In this document: piece by piece, positions 1 to 13,269 of the stretch
Numbering within the stretch: the first letter of the stretch is position 1
Layout: each line of letters begins with the position of its first letter
Assembly (NCBI GenBank): GCA_963514005.1
Contig: OY740802.1
Span: 19,654,001 to 19,718,000 of the forward strand
Source: Raja brachyura
Lineage: Eukaryota
DNA length: 64,000 nucleotides
Direction: 5' to 3'
Notes under the pieces: generated by a model
What the model saw: only the letters and a program-made list of their open reading frames with translations
Told to the model about the DNA's origin: nothing
Databases searched by the model: none
Made by a program: the position numbers and the translations under genes

Positions 1-1061
1 ATTGATTTAAAAATGTGCATGCACATTAATGCCATCGTGTCCTGCAGTGTATCTGAGAGAGGCGCCCCCTCCACTGACCTAGCAAGGGCCGTGATGCCCG
101 AGGTGAGTAGCCGGAGTGCTCTTTCGAATTTAACCTCTTGGGCTCGGACGCCCCCTCCAATGTGCCCCCAATTGGCCTGATTAACAATGGGGACACTCAG
201 TGAGGCACAGTTTAGTGAAGTGTTGTACCTGGCAGTGGTCTCCTCCATCTTTTGTTCTTGCAGTGGATGGGAAGCCATGTAATTAATGTTCACAGCGAGC
301 TCTTCATCCAATAACTCACCTGTGAGGGCTGGGACCGCAAATTTGGATGCAATAGACAGTACTCCTGATGGTCCCTGTAGCCCAACTGTGCCTCCGTACT
401 CTGGGTCGGCATAGTAATGACCTCTTACGCTCCCGTCATCTGACATTGAGATATTATGCAGCCCTGACACAGACGCTGCTGCCTCGGGTTCCATATACTC
501 CCCGGGCTCCGATAGCTTCATCCTTTGGAGCATATCGTGCTGGAGTAACCTCTCCACAAGGCTCTCCAGATGGGCCAGCCTGCCGGCAACACTGCCCTTA
601 GAAGGAGGGGGCTCTTCCACCTCTTGGCCCGGCTCCCCTGAGTACAGGGCCCTCACAGACTTTTTTGTGGCTTTTCTCCCCCTTGGAGTAGCCAAGGTGC
701 TTTCTGGCAGCACCAAGTCTGTAGCCGCTGGCTGCTGTGCCAGCGGCCCTGCAGGCGAGTAGGGCGCTCGCACACTGCCCGCAGGCGTGGTCTTCCGCAG
801 CCGGTTTGGTCGCGGCTCGCCTCTCAGATATATCTCCCGCAATCTGAAGCTGAAAATACGTAAAAACGAAACACACTCCGGACCGGGAGCAATGACTTCA
901 GCTAAGTTTTTTAAAACACTTACCTGAGTCTTTTAAATTTACCCGCTGGAAGGAGCGACGCGCCCGCCAGCCAGTCGTTGCGCAATGCGTCAGACGTAAA
1001 GACGCGCATGCGTGGGGACAGCCTTCTTCACGTAGTCACTCACGTGACTCCGAAGTAAAAT
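1..1061 (-). mobile_element. DIRS1-like retrotransposon, left end with gag-like remnant (continues beyond window start)
   Basis: 1025-1060 TCTTCACGTAGTCACTCACGTGACTCCGAAGTAAAA is the exact reverse complement of the left terminus at 49601-49636. Minus-strand translation of ~320..3 gives GELLDEELAVNINYMASHPLQEQKMEETTARYNTSLNCASLSVPIVNQANWGHIGGGVRAQEVKFERALRLLTSGITALARS..LQDTMAL, resembling vertebrate DIRS1 Gag. Confidence 0.85.
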
Positions 1062-2404
1062 ATATATTTACATTTTATGATATCAAGTGCCTTTAAGACT
1101 TTATGTGTTTTTTAAATGTTTAAATTGTAAATATAAATAATTATTAATATTTCGTTCCGTTTGACAGTTTTTGACAACTTTTTAAGGCAGGAGATGTAGC
1201 TTAGTCAACTTTTGTGATCTTTTACAGCTATTTTTTGTGGCTAGGGATTATTTGTCACTTCCTAGTACTTCTTCCCCAACACTGTGATTTTGTGACCGCA
1301 TGAGAGCAGGTCAGACACTGTGCACATCCTTGCTGCCTGGTTTCAGGCCAAGTTCTCTCTTAATAGGTTTTCAGTAATAGAATCACTCAAAGCATCTTTG
1401 ATATTTTTTCATCAGTCAGCAGCAAGGTCAGTCTATGTGGTATGACCAATTGCATAAACATCAAATTGACCAGGCATCTTGCTCTTTGTTCGTGAACGCT
1501 ATTTTTATCGACTTCCATAAATTCATGCACAAAACGATTTTTGACATCAGTTTTTTCTGTCTACAGAAATATTCAGTTCCCTTTGATCATTTCACATTTT
1601 ATGTTCTCTTATGATGACAAAGAAGGCAATTTGGTCCATCACGTCTATGCCATCTCTCAGATCAATCCCATTCCCCCACTTATTTCCCTAAGAGCTGTTC
1701 TCTCTCACATGGATACCACTCTGATTCTTCCACCAGCAACTCAGACGAGGGGTATTTAGAGTGGAAAATTAACGGAATACCAAAACATCCAATGGATTTA
1801 GGGCCCAGTGGAAGCTAATTCTATTACAGGAAGATTATGCAAACACCATGCAGACGAGAACCAACAACACAGAATTGAAACTGGGAAGCTTAATCTGTGA
1901 GACAGCAGCACTACCTTTATGTATTCCCTAACTGATGACCTGTTCAACATTATGATTAGTGTTACATGGTCTGCTATTGGAAGTCAATTAAAACAGATTG
2001 AATGTATGTCTAGAATTAACAACCAAGTGTGTGAGGTAATTATTTCTCAATATATTGACCTGACATTTTAATATTCTGTTTATGTATAACACCATATGAT
2101 ATGTTGGGAACAATAGCACAATTTATTTTGCAAATTGAGAGGTTCAGATTAGGTCTATTATTGGCACATGTATTGAGGTACAGTGAAAAGCTTTGTTTTG
2201 CATGCTATCCAACCAGATCAGATATACCATACATAAATATAATCAAGTCAAACTAAGTGCAATGGTTAGGGCAAAGGGGAAGATCCAGAGTGCAGAATAT
2301 AGTTTTCAGTATAATAGTGCATTGTATTTCCCTTAAACACAGACACAGTCCAATTCCTCAGTTGAGTAGAGATGAATTGGACAGTAACCTAGCTAATGGA
2401 AGGA

Positions 2405-3095
2405 CCAATGTGCAGGTGCATGGTTCCTTGAAGGTCGAGTCGCAGGTATTAAGGTGGTCAAAAAGGCTTTTGGCACATTGGCCTTCCATCAGTCCAGAGT
2501 ATTGAGTATAGAAGTTGGGAGGTCATGTTGCAGTTGTATAAGACGTTGGTGAGACCACATTTATAGTATTGTATTCAGTTCTGGACACCATGTTATAGGA
2601 AAGATATTGTCAAGCTTGAAACGGTTCAGAGAGGATTTACGAGGATGGTGCCAGGACTAGAGGATCTGAGCTATAGGGAGAGATTGAGTAGGCTGGGTCT
2701 CTATTCCTTGGAGCGCAGGAGGATGGGAGATGATCTTATAGAGGTGTATAAAACCATGAGAGGAATAGGTCAGGTAGATGTACAGAATCTCTTGCCTAGA
2801 GTAGGGGAATCGAGGACCAGAGGATATAGGTTCAAGGTGAAGGGGCAAAGATTTAATAGGAATCTGAGGTAACTTTTTCACACAATGTGTGGTGGGTGTA
2901 TGGAACAAGCTGCCAGAGGAGGTAGTTGAAGCTGGGACTATCCCGATGTTTAAAAAGCAGTTGGACAGGTACATGGATAGGCAAGCTTGGAGGGATATGG
3001 ACCAGGCACAAGCAGGTGGGACTAGTGTAGCTGGGACATGTTGGCCAGTGCGGGCAGAAGAGCCTGTTTCCACACTGTGTCACTCTATGACTATG
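2405..3095 (+). mobile_element. CR1 LINE 3' fragment (HER1-like)
   Basis: ORFs GLEDLSYRERLSRLGLYSLERRRMGDDLIEVYK and VGVWNKLPEEVVEAGTI match the CR1 ORF2 C-terminus; tail CCTGTTTCCACACTGTGTCACTCTATGACTATGA. Confidence 0.9.
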
Positions 3096-3096
3096 A

Positions 3097-3770
3097 CCAT
3101 TCAGAAGCCTGATAACAGAAGGGAAGAAGTTGTTCCTGAGCCAGGTGGTGCACGTTTTCAAGCTTCTGCACCTTCTGCAAGATGGGAGCAGGGAGATAAA
3201 AGAATAAACAGAGTGGGACATGTCTTTCATTATGTTGACTGTTTTTCTGAGGCAGCGTAAATTGTAGGTGGAGTCAGTGGCGGGAAGTGTGGTCTGTGTG
3301 ATGGATTAGGCTACATTTACAACTCTGCAATTTCTTGTGGTTCCCAAAGCAGAGCTGTTCCCAAACTAAGCTGCATTGCAACCTAACAAAATGCTTTCTA
3401 TGGTGCGTCCGTAGAGGTTTGTAAGTATCATTGAAGACGTTGGATGTCCTCAGGCTCCTTGGGAAGTAGAGACATTGGTTTCCCTTGGTTGTCTCATCAA
3501 TGTAATAGGCCTACGACAGATCATTGGTAATATTACGGACAAGGAACTTGAAGCTCTCCACCACTTCCACTTCCATACTATTGATGCTGATTGTGTCATG
3601 TTTGCTGACATTGAGGGAGAGGTTTTGTCCTGACACTATCTCTATCTCTGTCCTGTACAGTGTCTCGTCATTGTTCATGATTTGCCCCATCACAGTGTAT
3701 CCATCACAAACGTAGATGGAATTAGAATCAAATTTGGTCATACAAATAAGTATATGAGAAGAGTAGAGAG
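3097..3770 (-). mobile_element. Rex1/Babar-like LINE RT fragment; its 3' part probably lies at ~2150-2400, split by the CR1
   Basis: Minus ORF ..NNDETLYRTEIE..NLSLNVSK..EVEVVESFKFL..ITNDLS, followed by the typical 3' ORF end. Confidence 0.75.
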
Positions 3771-4810
3771 AGTAAAAATGTCTTAACATTTCTGTAGTAT
3801 GAAATGATTTTATTCCTCCTGAACCTTCTGCTGTGGCAAATTATTTTAAACAATTTATTTGACATTGGCGAAGGCCATATCATCAGCCCAGCATATCTCC
3901 AGGTCAATTCAGTGACAGACATTGTAATGAACATACTTAATCTGGCCCTGTCATGAAGAGATTGTCAGACACTAGGTGTGAACAGACTTGGAGGTGCAGG
4001 TATAATGCTCCCAATTGGCATTCTGCCTAGATGCTGCAATTAACTGGAATTCAGTAGCCTCTCCAAAAATATTTCTTTGCAGTTAAATTTTATTTAAATA
4101 GCAAACATCTGTTAGGTTAGCTATTCTACTGTGAACAACACAGCAGTCGATGTGACATTCATCTCCTTTATTAGCGTACAAATCCATGAGACCTGTAGTA
4201 TATAGTGCATTTACTTTACACATTTATTGCCCATATATATGACTGAATCACAGGAAGAAGAGGTGAAACGATAAAAATAATTACATTTTGCATTTTGACC
4301 GCTACCTCTCTGTGTCTCATGAAATTCTACCTGCATACTAATCACATCAGGGCAGAATTTTACACTGCTCTTCCACGCTGTATATACCCAAGAGGGATGA
4401 CCTAACTGAATGCTTATGGCATTTCTCTCAGGGTGTTTCTTTTGTTAAATGAGAGATCAGTAGAATTTACATTGAAATTTTATCCATGCTTAAAAGCATC
4501 TTGGACACTGAGAAATACAGAGTTATCATATTTTGCAGAGGGGCATTTGATAAGATGTATTCCAGATTATTTAGGGTCTCATGGGATTTTTTAAAAAAGA
4601 TACAGCATAGAAACAGGCCCTTTGGCCCACCAAGTCCATGCTGACCATTGATGGTATGGTATGGTACTTTAATTTTCACATGTAGCGAGGTGCAGTGAAA
4701 TTCATTTTTGGATACAGTCCAGTACAAGTATCACTATACATAAGCCCTTAGATACATCTTAGATAAGCATCTGAGATACAGTACAAGTGTATGGCAGTAG
4801 TACACTGAGA

Positions 4811-4903
4811 TCAGTCTGAAGAAGGGTCTCAACCCGAAACGTCACCCATTCATTCTCTCCAGAGATGCTGCTTGTCCCGCTGCGTTACTCCAGCATTTTG
4901 TAT
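4811..4903 (+). mobile_element. Penelope-derived short unit with minimal hammerhead-like motif
   Basis: CTGAAGA-AGGGTCTCAACCC-GAAACGTC; 11-bp TSD GTACACTGAGA at 4800-4810 and 4904-4914. Confidence 0.8.
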
Positions 4904-5346
4904 GTACACTGAGACAACATACAGAGTCGCAGTATGGCACCATTTTCAAGTCCCAGTTGTAAATGCAAGGTTCTTGATCTGATCATGAAGGCCCGTTGTC
5001 CTGGCGGTGTTGCAGGATCAGCCTGGCCAAGCTTAGCCGTGGTGTCCTCTGCCGCTACTCCACCGCTGTAGGCCACGTGCAGTCCACATGCTCAGCCTCT
5101 TCGAGCGGCGCCCAGACCAGCCGAGCCCCAGGCTATTGCAGGGGCTCCAGCGGCCCACTCCCCCGTTGAAGCCGTGCACTCCCTCCAGCAGCCTTACCTG
5201 TTCACATTAGTTCTATGCCATCCTACTTTGGCATCCAATGCCTATACATCAGGGGAAATTTCTGGAGTCCAATTAACCTACAAACCCACACGTCTTTGGT
5301 GTTTGGGAGGAAACCGGAGCACCCAGGGGAAATCCAAGCAGTCGCA

Positions 5347-5902
5347 GGAATCTATCCCAGGTTATTGAGAGAGGCAGGAGAGGAGATCGCCGGGGCCTTG
5401 ACAAAAATCTTGGTATCGTCTCTAGCCACAGGCGAGGTCTCAGATCAGAGAGTAGTCAATGTTGCTCTTTAGTTTAAGAAGGGAAGTAAATATAATACAG
5501 GAAAGTATAGGCCATTGAGCCACATGCCATTGGTAGAGAAGCTATTGTAGAGAATTCTTTGGGATGGCATATATTTACATTGGGAAGAGAAGGAACTAAT
5601 TAGAGACAATCAACATGGGTTTGTCTACGGTAGATCACTTCTTACGTTTTTGAAGAGATGACCAGTAATTGATGAGGGTAGGGCAGATGTTTGCTACATG
5701 GATTTAGTAAGTAATTTTGATAAAATCATTCAGGGTAGGCTGGTCTAGAAAATTAAGATGCATGGGATCCACGGTGACTTGGTTGTTTCATTTCAGAACT
5801 CATTTACTCATAGAAGACACAGGGTTGTGGTGGAAGGATATTATTCTGGCTGGAGGTCTGTGACCAGTGGAGTTTTACAGGGATCTTTCTAGGTTCTTGT
5901 TA

Positions 5903-5958
<56 letters not shown>

Positions 5959-6280
5959 AATGACTTGGACATAAATGTAGTTTAGTTGTTTAATATGTTT
6001 TCAGATGAATAAGGCTGTCATGGTGAATAAGGCTGTAAAAGTACACAGTGGGACAGAGATCAGCTGCAGAGATGGGTGGTGAAATGGCAGATGGAGATTA
6101 ATCTGAACAAGTACATTGGGAAGTTGTATATAAGAGGAACACATACAGATGCTTAACAGCGAGATCTTGGGGTCCAAGCCCATAGTTCCCTAAAAGTGGC
6201 AACACAAATGGAGTAGTAAAGAAGGTGAATGGTATACTTGCCTTCATTGGTCAGGGGATTGAGTATAAGGAAGTCATGTT
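5347..6280 (+). mobile_element. CR1 LINE RT-domain fragment, degenerate, containing (TA)n at ~5908-5956
   Basis: IYPRLLREAGEEIAGAL..; decayed QHGF and VTSGV..GS motifs. Confidence 0.85.
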
Positions 6281-6368
6281 TGGTAGTGTTCACAGAAATC
6301 TTATTTTCCCCGGCACCCTTGCCACCCCCCTGGGGTGATAGCCCATCCCTCGTGTAAGGGACATCTAA

Positions 6369-6525
6369 GGGCAGGGGAGTGGGGGGGGGAGTGGGGGGGG
6401 CAGGGGGGGGGGAGTGGGGGGGGGCAGGGGGGGGGAGTGGGTGGTGGGCGGGGGGGAGGTGGGGGGGAGGTGGTGGGGGGGGGAGTGGGGGGGGGGGGAG
6501 GTGGGGGGGAGGTGGTGGTGGGTGG
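6369..6525 (+). repeat. G-rich low-complexity tract (G4-prone)
   Basis: Consecutive G-runs separated by AGT/CA/AGGT spacers. Confidence 0.9.
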
Positions 6526-7577
6526 TCACATTTGGTTGGCCGCAGTTAGAAGTAAGCATCCAGACTAAATCACCATTCAGATCCTTATAGAGCTGAGCTA
6601 TTGTTACTGACTGCAAGTTTAAATCTGCACCGGCTGTCACCGAGAATAAATCAGTATTATTGACTTATAAATCAGCTGACACAGTCTGTAGAATGAGTTT
6701 TGAATCTGCTTTCCCAGTAAGAAGTCAGATCTGATGGACTGCAAAAGGATTTTCATTTCAAATCCCAAAACGATTTGGATAACTCATTTACATAATAAAA
6801 TTAACAATACCGCATATCTTTTCTGATAAAAAGCCTTCCTTTCCATAACTTAAAAAAAAAAATGACTGCACCCTCCTTGCAATGAACTTGAACTGATCTC
6901 TCCCCCCTCCTGAACATTAAGGCACACTTTTTTTCAGGGAACTGATTTATGGAAGATTTTACTTTTCTGCATAAGATGTGGGTTCTGTCCAATAAATATT
7001 TTTTCTCAGGACTTTTGGCATGTCTGGTCTATCTCAACAGCTTGAGTTTCGTAATCTGTGTGGAGAAATAATGCAGGTGTCTGAATCTGAAGGCCATGAC
7101 CTCCATGCTGAGACAACGTTAGGCGGTCAGACAGTTACTACTAGGGTGAGGTCAATTTGGCCTCTCTCTATTGATAAGAGTGACCACTGATAGCTTTTAC
7201 TGAGTCAGTCTCATCTTCACAATATGGCACCTTCAACATAACCTAGCTTTAACTTTAGCATGTTGTTTCTTTCATTGGGTTAGTCAAGTGCAAACAACCT
7301 GCCTGTGAGTGGCAATTGCACAGGTAAATCGATGGTTCGTTAGAACAGGTTATCTGATAATTACTGCAGTACTAAGTCAGTCCTTTGGCACTTGTGTTGG
7401 TGTAAATACTGAGGGTTTTGCTCATGGTTGACGTATGTATTAGTATTGGTATATTATTGTCATGTGTACCGAGATAGAGTGAAAAGCTTTTGTTTGCATG
7501 GTACCCAGTCAAATCAAATCATACGATACATGAGTACAATCAAGCCATGCACAATTTTGTCAGATATGTGCCATGTA

Positions 7578-7880
7578 AAAACAAGGAACTGCAGATGCTG
7601 GTTTACCAAGGAAAGACACAAAATTGTGGGGTAACTCAGCAGGTCAGGCAGCATCCCTGGAGAACATAGATAGATGACGATTTAGGTCAGGACCCTTCTT
7701 CTACATGTACCATATAGTACAATGCTCTCGAGTAATATTTTTACATTATTGGAAACAAATCAAATCTACGCAGATTCTGGACAATGTAAAATTAAGCCAT
7801 AAAATACTGGAAATACTCAGCAGGTCAGGCAGCAACTGCAAAGAGAAATAGCCAACGTTTCAGGTCTGGGACCCTTAGTT
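7578..7880 (-). mobile_element. Two degenerate Penelope/hammerhead-type units
   Basis: GGAACTGCAGATGCTGG..ACTCAGCAGGTCAGGCAGCATC..GACCCTTCTTC at ~7578-7701 and a second copy at ~7800-7876. Confidence 0.7.
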
Positions 7881-8169
7881 CTAATCCTGCAGTAGTAAAA
7901 ATTCTAAAGCCCTGATTAAGCTCTGCTGGCAATTATTACCAGATTACCTGTTCTAACTAACCACCTATTTGTTTTTCTCCCTCTCAGTTTTGATTTCCAA
8001 CATCTGCATTTTTAAAAAGAACATTTCATTTTTGTAAATACGTTTACTGTTTTTATTTTAATGTTCTGAAATAGTCCAAAATTCAGGATCCCGGAGAGCA
8101 GGGTGAGGGATTGAAGGCATATGAAGAACCAACAGTGGCAACACAGGTCAGGAGATTGAGGGGCAGATG

Positions 8170-8790
8170 GAATCAGAATCAGAATCAGAATTAATTTATT
8201 GATCAAGTAGGTGCAAATGCAAGGAATTTGACTTGGTGCTTTGCTGATACATGGTTAAAAACACAATATATAGCAGACAATTAAAAAATAACATTATAAT
8301 TTAAAAATGTAACAATAGAGTGCAAGAGTAACAAAGAATCAGCTTTACTACATATTGCACATGTAGATATCTAAAATGCATTTTGAGAGTTTATCAGTGT
8401 TTGGCTTACAGACCAGAATGTATTGGTGTAGTGTGGCTGTTAAGTAGAGCTACCGCTCGTGGGAAGAAACTGTATTTATGTCTGGATGTGGAGATTTTGA
8501 TAGTCACGAGTCACCTCCCACAGGGGAACACTTTAACGATTGTGGCCAGGGTGAGAGGGGTCAGAAATGATCTTACCCGCTCGCTTCTTGGGCCTTGCAG
8601 CATACAGTTCGTCGATGGGAGGAAGGTTGCATCCAATAACCTTTTAAACTGAGCGAATGAGGGGCTGCAGTCTCTGGGTGTCATGTTTGGTGGCTGAACT
8701 GAACCAGACCATGAGGGAGAAGGTGAGGACAGACTCTATGACAGCAGTATAAAACTGGACCATCATTGCTGTGGCAGGTTGCGATTCCTC
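8170..8790 (-). mobile_element. Rex1/Babar-like LINE 3' fragment
   Basis: (AATCAG)n tail at ~8171-8191; decayed minus-strand coding similar to other Rex1-like copies. Confidence 0.6.
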
Positions 8791-9238
8791 AATTAAAGTA
8801 ATACATGCACATCATAAGAAGGCAGGAAAGTAATTGACTGGTGAGTGCTAAAGATTTTGGTCTCACTCTGTCTCACATGGGCCTCATTGGCCACCTCACA
8901 ACCCACAAAGGTTGAGTGGAAGCAAGTCATTATCTAACCTGGGGGTCTGTCAAACAAACAAGTAACAAGTTTAGAGAGTCAACTCTCCGATTTGAAAAAG
9001 GTAAAGACGAAAATGATTTACTTCTTTCAAAATTAGTTTGTTTTACATCATTGCTTTCAATGCTGTTTTAGTGCGATACATTTAATTTTTGCTAACGTTA
9101 ATTTTTTGAAAATGTTGGGAACAGTTTTATTCATCTATACATAACTCCAAAGTTTAGTAACAAATGACAAAGCCTACTACCTATCCTAATAGCTTTGCCA
9201 GCTGTCAAAGGTAGTTAAGAACATACTGTATGTATTCT

Positions 9239-9436
9239 GTTAAAGAAGGAACTGCAGATGCTGGAGAATCGAGGGTTACACAAAAAGCTGGAGAAACTCA
9301 GCGGGTGCAGCAGCATCTAAGGAGCGAAGGAGATAGGCGACGTTTCGGGTCGAGACCCTTCCCGAAACGTCGCCTATCTCCTTCGCTCCTTAGATGCTGC
9401 TGCACCCGCTGAGTTTCTCCAGCTTTTTGTGTAACC
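9239..9436. mobile_element. Fold-back (inverted) Penelope/hammerhead unit
   Basis: Perfect 78-bp inverted arms at 9272-9349 and 9361-9438; 13-bp TSD CTGTATGTATTCT at 9226-9238 and 9437-9449. Confidence 0.88.
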
Positions 9437-9523
9437 CTGTATGTATTCTCATTGCTCTCTGAAGATTTGACCACCATTCAGATCATAATACTGGACTTTA
9501 TTTTGTAGAGACCAGCAAAGTAA

Positions 9524-9953
9524 AGGGCCTGTCCCACTAGGCGATTTTTTTAGGCGACTGCCAGCGACTCTCATAGTCGTAGCAGGTCGCCGAAAAATCA
9601 GCGACTGGACTGGGCCTGTCCCACTTAGGCGATTTTTTTAGGCGACTGCCGGCGACTACGACAATGGAATTCACTGAAGTCAGCACCGGCGACAACGTAC
9701 GTCACCTGGCGACCACCTACGTCATGCTGCCAATAACCTACGCAATCCTGGCGACAACCTACGACAACCTACAACAGCACCTATGTCAGGAGAAGACAAG
9801 CTATGACAAGCCCCCGGTCGCTGAAAAGTTTTGAACATTTCAAAATCCAGCGGAGACCAGAAAAACATTACGACTCTTTGGGTGACTGAGGAGACTACTC
9901 ACAACCATACAGGCGACAGTCAGCTAAAAAATTGCCTATGTGGGACAGGCCCT
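9524..9953. mobile_element. PIF/Harbinger-like MITE
   Basis: TIR AGGGCCTGTCCCAC...GTGGGACAGGCCCT; TAA TSD at 9521-9523 and 9954-9956; internal second copy of the left end at ~9612. Confidence 0.85.
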
Positions 9954-10507
9954 TAAGAGTTAAGCAATAAAGCACACTGGCAAGGCAAGTATAGATATCG
10001 AGAGAAGACAGGCAGCCGTCTTTGCAGAGAGAGTGGGCTCGCAAGATCGGGTCCATTAAATAAGATAAACATAGCAAGGGAGGATATAGTAATGGGTTTA
10101 TCATCTTTGATAATGGATATGTATCCCAGCTTATTGAAAAATGCATGGAAGGAAATCATGGAAAATCTGACACTCATTTTATAGTCCTCTTTGTCAGGAA
10201 GAGTGCTGCTAGAAAACTGTAACACTGCTAACTTGTGCTGCTAACGTACTGTAATTTAAAATAGAGTGAAAGGTTGAGTAATTACAGGATTTCTGATGTT
10301 TAGGTTAGTTTAATTTACTTTAGTTTAATTTAGTCTTGTTTAATTTATTATCATGTGTACCAAGGTTTTTGTTGTGCGTTATCAAAGAAAAGACTATACA
10401 TGATTACAATCAAGCCATTCCCAGTGTACAGATAAAGGATATAGGGCACAGCATTTAGTGCAAGATAATATGTGGGAAGTTTGTTTCTTTTTGGAAGAAA
10501 AACCTTA

Positions 10508-11077
10508 AGGGCCTGACCCACCAGCATGCAACTCTATGCGATGAACGCGATCAAACTAGAAGCGGGGGCTGCGCGGAGGTCGGGTGATCCCCTGTACAGG
10601 GCCGTTCCCACCAGCATACGCCTGCATGCGGCAAGTGCAACCAAACCGGCAGTGGGGGCCGCGCGGAGGTCGGGTGAGTGGCGCAACGCGGCGCAAAGTG
10701 AGGCGAACTTGGAGCGAACTCTAAGGTAAGTTCGCCAGGACAGAGAGGGGCACACAGAGAGGGGCACCGATGCACACACACACACACAGGGCCACGGAGC
10801 CACACACATAGAGGGTCACGGAGGCACTTACAAATAGGTTCACGGAGGCACGATGTTGGGGCAGTGTCTAAATGTCGAGGCGACTGCGAGCCGACAAGCC
10901 GGAATTTTTGGACATAGTCAGTTTTTCGGAGCCCCGCGCGATGTCGGGACGAACTCCGCACAATTCCGCACAGCTCCGGCGATCGAAGTGGGACCGGCCC
11001 CGCGACGCCGGACGGCTCAAGCGACCACGTTAGGTCGTGCTAATCGCATAGAGTTGCATGCTGGTGGGACAGGCCCT
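10508..11077. mobile_element. PIF/Harbinger-like MITE
   Basis: ~35-bp TIRs AGGGCCTGACCCACCAGCATGCAACTCTATGCGAT / ATCGCATAGAGTTGCATGCTGGTGGGACAGGCCCT; TTA TSD on both sides. Confidence 0.88.
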
Positions 11078-13269
11078 TTAGGTGGCCAAGCTGGTCCTAG
11101 GATAAGCTTTCAATCACATATGCAAATCATGGTCAAAACTGCCCCAATTCTCTTCTGTAACATCAGTAGCGGTTGTCCCTGCTTCAGGCCATCTGCTCCT
11201 GAAACATTCTTCCAAGTCTTTTTTTATGCCTAGATTTGATCCAGTGTGTTCCTATTTTCTGTCAACATGAATTTAAACTCTGCTTAAACTCTGCTGATTG
11301 TATCCTAACTAACACCACATTGTCATCCGTTGAGTTGCTGATCTTCTTTAGCTACTCATCTGAAAGTATCCTGAGGTTAAAATGGTCATCTTTGTTTTCA
11401 AACCCTTCCATATTTCCAGATTTCCTTCCATCACGTCATATGGAAATATGGAAACTTGGAGGACATTTAGCCCAAACATTGTATGCCAGCTCTGAGCAAT
11501 CCTATCTGTTGCCTTCACCAACTCAGCGACATACAGCATGGATACAAGCTGCCTTGAATCTCAGATTTGGATCCAACACAACTGAAGCTCCCTGAACATC
11601 TTTGCCATGCTGCCTTCCTTGAAAAGGTCCTTAAATCCAATTTCTTTCACCAAGCTTGGTGCCAAACATTTTTTGATAATGCTTTTATTTTAAAAAATGC
11701 CTTTTGACGGATGCCAATTGTTACACTTGTTAATCTCCCCATGTGTTGATAGCCTTTGTGCCAAAGTGAAGTTGGTCAAAATGTAGTTGCTTCGTCAAGA
11801 CAACTTCATGTTGGGAAACACAATGATAATTATGTGGTCAACAAAGTATTCTATCTATTGCATCATTGTGAAACAAAAGCAATGCAATCCACTTTTCTGG
11901 GTACAGCTCAACTGAGAATTGACAGCATTCATCTTATTGCCTTGCAGACATATGGGATTCTTCTATCTGGCAAAAGAAAATCGTGTTCAATTTTATGTTG
12001 ATGCTGTGGGGTCCTTGACAAACAGATGTTAACTTGTTTTCTTCATCAAAACATATGTTACTTGTGCCACACACTGGGAGATGCATGCTGGACTAATCCT
12101 TGTATCCCCTGCAGGAAGCAAGTCAGTTGACGCAGCCGTAACATTTTAGTGCACTATTTAACATTGAATCCACCTGGGTCGCTGGCTATGGGTTTCCTGT
12201 ACTTGATGACAACATAACGATTTACAGGTAGGTCAACACCACTGAGTTAAGTATATTTTCTCACTGTCATTACAGGCTCGGTTATTGTTGTACTGACACA
12301 TTTCACCATGTTAACCTTCAGCCTCTGTGCCTCCATGTGATCCACATTACCTCTGCTCTGACACTCGCGCTCATACCATTCTGACCATTGTATCAAGACC
12401 AAACTACACTGGCCATAATTCCGTGAGAGTGTTTGCAGCCTTGCGCTGGCTAATTCTGTTGTGATGACATATGTCTGTAACAGAGTGAAGATGTAGAGTA
12501 CTTGCCATCTGTTTCTTTTCTCAGCAGTCTGGATGTCTGGTGGTGATGTTCTAATGGGTGTGTACCAGCCGTGGACACATGTTGTTTGAAGGCAGCTGAA
12601 GAATATTCTGCTGCTGTCAATTGTCACTGTGCCCATTTTTTGTATTAATGGACAAACACAGTTTGGTAGAGACACAGTTAGCACTGAGAAACCCAGGGCA
12701 AACAGAGGTCCTAATCATGGTGGATGTGCTCCCGGTGTGAATGTGCAAGTTTCTGGATGATGGTGATCTTCTCAATATAGTGCTTAGCAAAGTGTGCAGT
12801 CTTTGGTTACTCAAGGGTGAAATGACTGATTCCAGTTTATGCTTAGCTTTTTATTTGCACTATGATTGTGCAAGTGGAAGAGAGAGATCTCTGTCTTGTT
12901 TGGAATGGCTGTATGGTAATCCATCAGCCAGGCTGGTGTAGCGTGGATTAACATCTAAATGAAGAGTGAGTTATGCTTCCAACCAACAGGTCCAACACAG
13001 TTAAAATTTAGATTGTGGTCAAACAAGGCTGTGTCAGTTCTCCAACCCTCTGTTCTATTTTCTTTGTGCAAAATTGCTCTTCGCCTCATACAAGCTTTGT
13101 GTTGGTTTGGAGCTAATTGACAATATGAATGGGAAAACTTCGGGAAGTCTTTGCATCCTTCCCTTCAGAAACAAGGTTACTTCAACCTTTAAAGAACAGA
13201 TGAGGTTTATCAATAGCCAAGTTCCAAATGTTGATTCATTCTGAAGCATATGTCTAAGTTTTCCTTACA

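Noticed and set aside
6335-6640. Gly-rich and Pro-rich ORFs
   Set aside because: They are translations of a G-run tract, which may also contain sequencing error.
10526-11233. Cluster of ORFs on both strands
   Set aside because: They lie in a GC-rich MITE and show no transposase motifs.
12247-12684. 145-aa minus-strand ORF
   Set aside because: It has a non-ATG start, no recognisable domain and no supporting splice structure.
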